Part shown: one piece after another, positions 48,858 through 55,630 of the stretch
Layout of the letters: each line of letters starts with the position of its first letter
Position numbering within the stretch: position 1 is the first letter of the stretch
Assembly: GCA_938034555.1 (NCBI GenBank)
Contig: CALHLT010000019.1
Coordinates: 1 to 59,319, forward strand
Length of the DNA: 59,319 nt
Reading direction: 5' to 3'
DNA from: an uncultured Bacillota bacterium
Lineage (GTDB): Bacteria > Bacillota > Clostridia > Christensenellales > UBA1242
The notes under the pieces: generated by a model
Database searches by the model: none
Seen by the model: only the letters and a program-made list of their open reading frames with translations
What the model was told of the DNA's origin: nothing
Position numbers and translations under genes: made by a program

Positions 48858-48887
48858 GTTTTAAGAAACGGAAGGTTTCATAAGTAT

Positions 48888-48964
48888 GGCGACGTAGCTC
48901 AGTTGGCTAGAGCGTTCGGTTCATACCCGAAAGGTCGAAGGTTCGAATCTTTCCGTCGCTACCA
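48888..48964 (+). tRNA. Elongator tRNA-Met (CAT), CCA encoded
   Basis: GGCGACGTAGCTCAGTTGGCTAGAGCGTTCGGTTCATACCCGAAAGGTCGAAGGTTCGAATCTTTCCGTCGCTACCA. It resembles Bacillus elongator Met more than tRNA-Ile2, but a lysidine-modified Ile2 cannot be fully excluded. Confidence 0.85.
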
Positions 48965-48969
48965 AAATT

Positions 48970-49044
48970 GGTCCCGTGGTCAAGTGGTTAAGACACCGCC
49001 CTTTCACGGCGGTATCATGGGTTCGAATCCCGTCGGGATCACCA
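48970..49044 (+). tRNA. tRNA-Glu (TTC), CCA encoded
   Basis: GGTCCCGTGGTCAAGTGGTTAAGACACCGCCCTTTCACGGCGGTATCATGGGTTCGAATCCCGTCGGGATCACCA with anticodon loop CTTTCAC. Confidence 0.93.
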
Positions 49045-49174
49045 CAGCAAAACTCCCTATTTACCAAGTAAATAGAGAGTTTTATTTTTTATTTCTCCCC
49101 CCAACTTTTTCGCAAACTATCGACAAATTGTAAACAAATTGTTAATGTCGGGATTCGAACCCAAGGGTTCGCGC
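49028..49174 (+). repeat. Direct repeat copy A (last 17 nt of tRNA-Glu, the terminator, and about 85 nt downstream including an inverted T-arm-like segment)
   Basis: It aligns by eye with 49300..49440 at roughly 80-90% identity and is near-identical over the first ~62 nt. Confidence 0.85.
49048..49090 (+). terminator. Rho-independent terminator of the tRNA operon
   Basis: AAAACTCCCTATTTAC caag TAAATAGAGAGTTTT followed by ATTTTTT. Confidence 0.8.
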
Positions 49175-49299
49175 CGCAAACGCTGTTTGCTTTCACGCCT
49201 CTGTTCGAAATTGGTCGTCTTTTCGCTTTCGCTCAAATTCTCCCTTTCTCACAGAAAATCGCATTCGCTTCTTCGCCCACTGGGCGCGCTCTGCTCTTT

Positions 49300-49440
49300 T
49301 CCCGTCGGGATCACCACACCAAAAACTCCCTATTTACCAAGTAAGTAGAGAGTTTTATTTTTTTCTCTCAGTTTTTCGCAAACCATCGTAAAACTGCGGA
49401 CAAATTGCTAATATCGGGATTCGAACCCAAGGGTTCGCGC
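49300..49440 (+). repeat. Direct repeat copy B (orphan tRNA-Glu 3' end TCCCGTCGGGATCACCA, a second terminator hairpin and the downstream block)
   Basis: Same order of segments as copy A. No intact tRNA lies upstream of it. Confidence 0.85.
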
Positions 49441-49526
49441 AATAAAGAGTTTTACTTTCCTCTTATTTTCGTTTTGTTAGCACAATAGGAGTTTTATTTT
49501 CACCTTATTTTCGTTTTGTTCGCGCA
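49441..49526. repeat. Tandem 44/42-nt duplication spanning the stop codon and 3' flank of the 419-aa gene
   Basis: AATAAAGAGTTTTACTTTCCTCTTATTTTCGTTTTGTTAGCACA is followed directly by ATAGGAGTTTTATTTTCACCTTATTTTCGTTTTGTTCGCGCA. Confidence 0.8.
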
Positions 49527-50764
49527 ACCGAAACATTATCTTTCTTTCTGTCTTGAAGCTCTTGAACAGGATTTTTCACGGTTTCATAGCGATAGTCTTT
49601 TCCAAATTGTTTAATATGCTTTTCAATAACGAGGTGGCTTGGAATTTCCTCTGGCTTTTTAATGTTCATTTTTTGATATTTAAAGAAATTCGAATTGTTT
49701 TGCAAGTTGTCAACCAAGCAATAGTCTTCATTGTGTCTTGAAAAATTGATTGTTTCCTTTAAAACGCTGCGGATATACTCAATGTTTCCTTCAAAATGCA
49801 AAAGTTCTGGGAAATCGCCGCCGCAAGTGTAAACAGCCTGCCAAGGCTTTCCTTCATATTTTTTAAGAAGTTTTGCAACATATTGCAAATGTCCGCATTC
49901 TTCAAGATATCTTTGGTGGAAGATTTCTTTAATATATTTATCGGTTTCGTCAACATAGCAACTGTAATAAAGATAACATTCCGTGTACTCATGAACAAGC
50001 CAATTTTCAAGCCACGAACAAGTTGTGTCCATTAAACTTCCATATTCCGTCACGTGTTGTTCTTCAATCATTGCAATTTCGCTATACAATTTTTTGCCAA
50101 GTTCGCTTTTATGGAAGCCCGCAATATTCATATAGTAGTTCATTGTTTGTTGTTCCCCGGCGGTTATGATGCTTACAACAAGTTTTGTGAATGGGTCGGC
50201 AAGTTCTTTTGCAATGTGGCGATTGATTTCGTCAAAAGGGTGGCGAGGCTCGGCAATTGTTGGTCTTCCAGGTGTCATTTCCGTGTAGCCCCCAGTTAAG
50301 GTGTTAGCATCAATTCCCTGCTCCATTTCAAGCAAGTTTGCAAAGCGATATAAATGGTCGAAATCTTCAAGCAACGCAAAATTTAACGCATTTTTAACAT
50401 AAACATCTTTAACATGTTTTGCAAGAATTGCGGTTAAATCAATTGCAAGTTGCTCATAGGCAATTGTTGTTTCAAGGTCGGTTTCGTCAATTGGTTTTAG
50501 CCCCGAAATAATTTTTTGTTGATGTTGCTCGTGTCGTCGAATTAAAGCAATTTCGCGTCGCAAATCGTTGTTATTGCAGTTTCTGCTGAACTGGTGCAAA
50601 AACCAAGTTTGCTCGAACTCTGTTCCGTTAAGCAAAATAATTCTTGTTTTCGTGTATGGCGATGTCTTTTTCTTGTCGTATGCTTTTGGGCAATAGTCGC
50701 TTACGCTAACGAATTTATCAACCCCAATTGCATTTTTCTCTAAAAATGGATTAACTTTATTCAT
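49505..50764 (-). CDS. Ferritin-like / diiron-carboxylate superfamily protein of unknown function (419 aa)
   Basis: SD AAAGGAG. Repeated helix motifs carry E and ExxH/DxxH ligand candidates: EDFDH, GEQQTMNYY, IEEQHVTEYG, EYTECY, LEECGHLQY. Confidence 0.6.
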   Translation of the reverse strand: MNKVNPFLEKNAIGVDKFVSVSDYCPKAYDKKKTSPYTKTRIILLNGTEFEQTWFLHQFSRNCNNNDLRREIALIRRHEQHQQKIISGLKPIDETDLETTIAYEQLAIDLTAILAKHVKDVYVKNALNFALLEDFDHLYRFANLLEMEQGIDANTLTGGYTEMTPGRPTIAEPRHPFDEINRHIAKELADPFTKLVVSIITAGEQQTMNYYMNIAGFHKSELGKKLYSEIAMIEEQHVTEYGSLMDTTCSWLENWLVHEYTECYLYYSCYVDETDKYIKEIFHQRYLEECGHLQYVAKLLKKYEGKPWQAVYTCGGDFPELLHFEGNIEYIRSVLKETINFSRHNEDYCLVDNLQNNSNFFKYQKMNIKKPEEIPSHLVIEKHIKQFGKDYRYETVKNPVQELQDRKKDNVSVARTKRK

Positions 50765-50965
50765 ATTTGCTCCTTTCTCTTTTCAAAAAAGTATCGTCAT
50801 CAAAAAATTATTTATTCAATCTTTCAAATTTATTTTTTTGAAATTTCTCTTTTAAAATTGTGATTTTTTTAACAAAAACTTGGAAAAGTCTTGGGAAAAT
50901 TTTTTTGACTAATATATCTTAATTATTACTCATTAATTAAATTTATTTGTTATAATTAATTTAGG

Positions 50966-51873
50966 ATGAAATTTAGAGTTAGAACAATTGTTAATTTTGC
51001 CGCATGTGTTTTGATTTTAGTTTTGCTTACAACTTTTTGCCTTTCATTTAAAACAAAAATTGCATACGACTTCTTTAACGATAAAATTGAATTGAATACT
51101 GAAGATAACGATGAAATTAGTGTTATGACATATAACATTCGTTGCATAAACAACGAAGTTGACAAAGGAGAAAGAAGCTGGTTTAATCGTGCGTTTTTAA
51201 TTGCAAAACTTTTAAATGAAAAAAAGCCTTCAATAATTTGTTTCCAAGAAGTTAAAGAAGAACAACTTAGATTCCTTAAAAACTTTTTGGAAGGCTATGA
51301 ATGCGTTTATGAGTTTAGAGATAACACCAACCTTAAAGAATGCAATCCAATTTTCTTTAGGTCAAGCAAATACACCCTTGAAAGTTCACAAACATTTTGG
51401 CTTAGTGACACGCCAGAAAGAAGGAGCAACTCTTGGGGCTTAACATATCACAGAATTTGCACAATGGCGGTTTTGAAAGATAAGATAACCGAAAGAAGTT
51501 TCACAGTTGCAAGCACACATCTCGATATGCTCTCCCTTGAGACGCAAGCAAGAAGCATTAACTTGATTAATCAAAAACTTCAATCAAAGAATCTTCCTGC
51601 TCTTCTTATGGGTGATTTCAATTGCGTTCCAAACACCCAAGCAATTCATAAAGCAAACGAAACAATGGAGACATTGGAATTGGCTTTGAAGACGAAAACG
51701 CAATAACTCACAACAACTTTGAAGTTGAAAGCGAAAACCAAGCAAAATTGGACTACATTTTTGAAACCAAGGACGCGTTTCAAATTATAAGTTACGAAGT
51801 TGTTTCAAAAACATATAATGGAGTTTTCCCACGCAGCCATTTCCCAATCTTTGCAAAAGTTAGATTATATTAA
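50966..51873 (+). pseudogene. Endonuclease/exonuclease/phosphatase (EEP) family gene interrupted by a frameshift near 51652..51706
   Basis: The frame-1 ORF (TM anchor, ISVMTYNIRC, ICFQEV, GDFNCVPN) stops at 51706. The conserved C-terminus NNGDIGIGFEDENAITHNNF...LDYIFETKDAFQIISYEVV...PRSHFPIFAKVRLY is in another frame and ends at 51873. Confidence 0.75.
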
Positions 51874-51874
51874 A

Positions 51875-51906
51875 CAAAAAAGCATATTCAAAATATGCTT
51901 TTTTTA
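51875..51906. terminator. Bidirectional Rho-independent terminator
   Basis: AAGCATATT caa AATATGCTT flanked by an A-run and a T-run. Confidence 0.7.
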
Positions 51907-52024
51907 TTTTCTCTTTGCCATAAAATTTTGCAAACCGATTTGTTTTTTCACACTTCAATAGTTCTTTATAAAATTGAAAACTTTCCTTTCAACTTTTCAA
52001 TATCCTTGCGTCTTGGCAAAAACT

Positions 52025-53128
52025 TTAATTCAAATTCTGCACATATGAAACAACTTCGAACAAAAGTTTGCAATATCTTTCAAGTTCGCAAATAACAACA
52101 AATTCGTTTGGCTTGTGGGCAAGGGCAAGATCTCCAACTCCAAAAACAATTGCGTCGCCGCCGCAAACTTGCGCATAAAACCCCGCTTCGCAACCGGCAG
52201 GAAAAGAACTTTCTTCCAAATTAAATTTCTTTAAAATTGAGTTAATTAAAGTGCTTTTCCTCTTTTCAAGCGGCAAAATATTAAGATGCGTTGTAAACTC
52301 AATTTTAGAGCCCACATATCTTTTTTCAAGTTTTTTTGCGAACTTTTTAAGCAAGTTAAGTGCTTTTTCGGAATTCGCTCGGCTTTTTGAGCGAATGTTA
52401 AATTTAATTCTTGTTTGCGAAGGAACAATGTTAACTTTCTCGCCGCCACAAACAACATTTGAATTTAAAACCGTTCCTTTAAACTTTTTGCAAAGTTTTT
52501 CAATGTAAAGCATAAGGCGCGAGGCAATATAGTTTGAATTAATTCCATTTTGAGGCATGCTGCTGTGGCAACTTTTCCCATAAACAATAATCTCATTATC
52601 CATGCAACTTTTCGCCTGCGTGCAAACTGAAAAGTTTGTGGGCTCGCCAACAATTGTTAATTTTGGCTTTATATTAAGTTCTTTAAGTTCTTTTGAAATA
52701 ACTTGCGCGCCCGTTAAACTTGTTTCCTCGTCGCTCGTTGCAACGATAATAACTGGGATGCTTAGTGCTTTAAGTTTTTCAATGTTTTTTAAAATGCAGG
52801 CAAAAAAACTTTTCATGTCGATTGTTCCAAGCCCAAAAAGTTTTCCGTTGTTTTCCGTTGCAATATATGGATTTGTTGCATATTCTTTTTCGTTTGCAAC
52901 AACTGTGTCGATGTGCCCAGAAAGAACAATTGCCCCGCTAACATTTTTAAGTTTTGTGTTAACACCAATAATAAGGTTTTCCCTTTCGTCATTTTCGCAT
53001 TTAACTTTGATAATTTCATCGCTAAATTTCGAAAATTTTGAAATTAAATAGTTAATTATTCCTTCATTTTCGCGCTCACTGTAACTTTTAAGTGCAATAA
53101 GCTCTTTTAATATTTCTTTTTCTTCCAT
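52025..53128 (-). CDS. M20-family metallopeptidase (ArgE/DapE/acetylornithine deacetylase-like)
   Basis: LSGHIDTV and ATSDEETSLTGA metal-ligand motifs. The start is moved to ATG 53128 (SD TTGGAGAAAAAC); the track start is a TTG. Confidence 0.8.
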   Translation of the reverse strand: MEEKEILKELIALKSYSERENEGIINYLISKFSKFSDEIIKVKCENDERENLIIGVNTKLKNVSGAIVLSGHIDTVVANEKEYATNPYIATENNGKLFGLGTIDMKSFFACILKNIEKLKALSIPVIIVATSDEETSLTGAQVISKELKELNIKPKLTIVGEPTNFSVCTQAKSCMDNEIIVYGKSCHSSMPQNGINSNYIASRLMLYIEKLCKKFKGTVLNSNVVCGGEKVNIVPSQTRIKFNIRSKSRANSEKALNLLKKFAKKLEKRYVGSKIEFTTHLNILPLEKRKSTLINSILKKFNLEESSFPAGCEAGFYAQVCGGDAIVFGVGDLALAHKPNEFVVICELERYCKLLFEVVSYVQNLN

Positions 53129-53276
53129 GTTTTTCTCCAAATAATAAAAATTTGCCCGTTGATTTGTTTTTGCTAAAACACACCAACGAGCAACTTAAAT
53201 TTGTATTTAAAGACAATTCATTTATGTGTTTTGCAATGCCAAAGAAGCACTCGCAAAACACTCTCTTTTGCGAATG

Positions 53277-53315
53277 CTAAATATGTTTGCAATGCCACAT
53301 AAACGAATTAAACAT
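53277..53315 (-). CDS. Candidate 12-codon leader micro-ORF (MFNSFMWHCKHI)
   Basis: ATG at 53315 sits 5 nt after the SD AAAGGAG and about 30 nt downstream of a consensus promoter. It stops at TAG. Its start and end lie in the two arms of a 10-bp hairpin. Confidence 0.3.
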   Translation of the reverse strand: MFNSFMWHCKHI

Positions 53316-53346
53316 ATTTTCTCCTTTATTTTTTTCTTTCAAGGTT

Positions 53347-53376
53347 ATTATAAGCCTAACTTGAATTATTTGTCAA
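53347..53376 (-). promoter_or_regulatory. Near-consensus sigmaA promoter directed toward the micro-ORF and M20 peptidase
   Basis: On the minus strand, TTGACA (53376..53371), 18-nt spacer, TATAAT (53352..53347). Confidence 0.6.
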
Positions 53377-53500
53377 GAATTAAAATTTATATAGCACAAA
53401 AATTAACCAAGTTTAAATAAATTAAAAAGCAAATTCATAATTTATTTTTTGTTTGGCGTTTACAAAAGATTTTCAAATATTTTTATATTTTTAAAGAAAG

Positions 53501-53509
53501 TGATATACT
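53501..53509 (+). promoter_or_regulatory. Extended -10 element immediately upstream of the 184-aa gene
   Basis: TGaTATACT ends 6 nt before ATG 53516. No SD is present. Confidence 0.4.
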
Positions 53510-53515
53510 TTTTGT

Positions 53516-54070
53516 ATGATAAAGATTAAAAATAAGGAACAAAGTATTGAATTTATTAACCAAATGGGGCTTAACTGTATGCCACAAGCGGTTTTAGACA
53601 AAACAAACAAAGAACGTGTTAAACATTTTTTTGAAGATAATCCTGCGAATGAATATATTATTCGCGACATTTTCACGCCAATGGGAAAATATGCATTTGT
53701 TAAAAACTTTGACGAGGCAGAAAAATATTTGGAAACAATTTCGGCAAATAAATTTTCAATTTCCGTTTCTTTTAATGGGCTTGAAAGAGTTTTACTTGGC
53801 GACATTTTCGTTAAAGACAATTTCGTTACGCTTAGCGCGAGCACGTCGCAAAATGCAAACCACCGCAACATCTACACCACCCCTGAAATTTCGCTTTCGT
53901 GCGAACTTTTTGACGACAGGCTTTGGAATGTTCCAGGCTTTGAAAAACTCATTGATTACATTAACGAACATAATTTATATGAGGTTATTGTTGAATTTGC
54001 GGTTTTCAAAAACAGAGTTGGAACGCAAAAAAACAATGTTGTTATAATTGAACTTAGGAGCGACTATTAA
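53516..54070 (+). CDS. Hypothetical 184-aa protein, first gene of the ABC-2 transporter operon
   Basis: Its stop is 1 nt before the ABC ATPase ATG. No family recognised. Confidence 0.55.
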   Translation: MIKIKNKEQSIEFINQMGLNCMPQAVLDKTNKERVKHFFEDNPANEYIIRDIFTPMGKYAFVKNFDEAEKYLETISANKFSISVSFNGLERVLLGDIFVKDNFVTLSASTSQNANHRNIYTTPEISLSCELFDDRLWNVPGFEKLIDYINEHNLYEVIVEFAVFKNRVGTQKNNVVIIELRSDY

Positions 54071-54071
54071 A

Positions 54072-54809
54072 ATGGAAGCAATTGAAATTAAGAACATAAC
54101 AAAAGAATTTAAAAATTTAACTGCTCTTTCAAATGTTTCGCTCGAAATTCACGAAGGCGAATGTTTTGCGCTTCTTGGCCCAAACGGCGCAGGGAAAACA
54201 ACGCTTATCAAAATTCTTTCGTGCCTTCTTTCGCCAACAAGCGGAACAGCTTTAATTTTGGGAAACGACATTTTGCAAAAAGAAAATGAAGTTAAAAAAG
54301 TTATTGCTGTTTGCCCTCAAGAAACGGCAATTGCAAAAAACTTAACTGCTCTTGAAAATCTTGAAATGATTGCTGCAATTTGCGGAAAAACAAAAAAAGA
54401 GGCAAAAGAACTTGCAGAAAGATTTGAACTTTTGAAAAATCCAAAACAACTTTCAAAAAACCTTTCTGGCGGAAACAAACGCCGTCTTTCAATTGCAATG
54501 GCTCTTTTGCCAGAGCCAAAAGTTTTGTTCTTGGACGAACCAACTCTTGGGCTTGACATTGAAGCGCGAATTGAACTTTGGGATTTAATTAAAAGCCTTC
54601 GCGGGAAAACAACAATTGTTTTAACAACCCACTATCTTGAAGAGGCCGATAAACTTTCAAACAGAATTGGCGTTATTAAAGGCGGGAAAATTATTGAACT
54701 CGACACACCTGAAAACTTAAAGAAAAAATATGCAAAAGAGGGCGAAACAAATCCTTCAATTGACGATATTTACATTCGAATTATTAAGGGAGAAAAAAAT
54801 GAGATTTAA
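54072..54809 (+). CDS. ABC transporter ATP-binding protein (ABC-2/DrrA-like)
   Basis: Walker A GPNGAGKTT, signature LSGGNKRRLS, Walker B LFLDEPT. The start is moved to ATG 54072. Confidence 0.92.
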   Translation: MEAIEIKNITKEFKNLTALSNVSLEIHEGECFALLGPNGAGKTTLIKILSCLLSPTSGTALILGNDILQKENEVKKVIAVCPQETAIAKNLTALENLEMIAAICGKTKKEAKELAERFELLKNPKQLSKNLSGGNKRRLSIAMALLPEPKVLFLDEPTLGLDIEARIELWDLIKSLRGKTTIVLTTHYLEEADKLSNRIGVIKGGKIIELDTPENLKKKYAKEGETNPSIDDIYIRIIKGEKNEI

Positions 54810-55569
54810 AGGTCTTGCAAAACGCAATTTCTTGGAAATGATTCGCGACCCACTGACAAGTTTGCTTGGAATTCTTTTTCCATCAATTTTGCTTATTATG
54901 TTTGTTTTAATTAACAGAGCGGCAACAGAAAAACTTCCAATTTTTGAGGTTGGTGCAATTCTTCCTGGAATTATTGTTCTTGGATTTTGCTTGGATATGA
55001 TTTTAATTGCAAATTTCATTTGCAAAGATAAAGACGACTCGCTTATGGCAAGATTCCAAACTCTTCCCCTTCGCCCTGTCGATTTTGTTTTGGCATACTC
55101 TGTTCCTTTCCTTGCATTCTCGCTTATTCAAATTGTTTTCACATTTTTAATTGGATTTGTTGTTGGGCTTCAAGCAACAGTTGGAATTTTAGTTGCAATT
55201 CCTCTTCTTTGGTTCTTCTCACTTTTCTTTATTGCGCTTGGGATTATTCTTGGAACATCGGGCTCAACGAATCTCGTTCTTTCGCTTGGGAATGTTTTGG
55301 TTTTTGTTATAACCTTTTTAAGCGGCGCATGGATGGATTTAAACTGGCTTGGAGGCTTTGGGAAATTTGCACGCGCGCTTCCTTTTGCAAACGCAGTTGA
55401 GGCTGGAAGAGAACTTATTGCATGGAATGGATTTAATTTTAATCATCTTTATTTCATATTTGGCTACACTCTTTTAATTATTGGAGTTTGCGTTTTAGTT
55501 TTTGTTTTAATGTTAAAACGAAAAGCAATTTCAAGAGGCAAAAGCAAAACTAAAAAAGAAAAAAATTAA
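54799..55569 (+). CDS. ABC-2 type transporter permease (6 TM)
   Basis: The start is moved to ATG 54799, giving an 11-nt overlap with the ATPase. MRFKGLAKRNFLEMIRDPLTS is a typical ABC-2 N-terminus. Confidence 0.85.
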   Translation: MRFKGLAKRNFLEMIRDPLTSLLGILFPSILLIMFVLINRAATEKLPIFEVGAILPGIIVLGFCLDMILIANFICKDKDDSLMARFQTLPLRPVDFVLAYSVPFLAFSLIQIVFTFLIGFVVGLQATVGILVAIPLLWFFSLFFIALGIILGTSGSTNLVLSLGNVLVFVITFLSGAWMDLNWLGGFGKFARALPFANAVEAGRELIAWNGFNFNHLYFIFGYTLLIIGVCVLVFVLMLKRKAISRGKSKTKKEKN

Positions 55570-55572
55570 AAA

Positions 55573-55601
55573 GAATAAAAAGATTTTTAAAGGAAAAAAT
55601 A
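55573..55601 (+). promoter_or_regulatory. Possible forespore (sigmaF/sigmaG-type) promoter of sigG
   Basis: GAATA (55573..55577), 14-nt spacer, GGAAAAAATA (55592..55601), compared with the consensus GHATR-N15-GGnnAnAHTR. Confidence 0.35.
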
Positions 55602-55630
55602 CCTTTTAAGCAATTAAGAGGTGTTTTTTT

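Noticed and set aside
49139-49235. A possible complete minus-strand tRNA around the inverted T-arm.
   Set aside because: On the minus strand only a T-arm can be drawn. There is no matching 5' acceptor strand, D-arm or 7-nt anticodon loop (GCAAAC/GTTTGC closes a 3-nt loop), and no CCA. I treat it as a tRNA fragment.
50900-50945. AT-rich near-palindrome TTAATTATTACTCATTAATTAA between the ferritin-like and EEP genes, as a possible Fur/PerR box.
   Set aside because: Only about 7 of 10 half-site symmetry in a region that is almost pure A/T. It cannot be told apart from background without comparative data.
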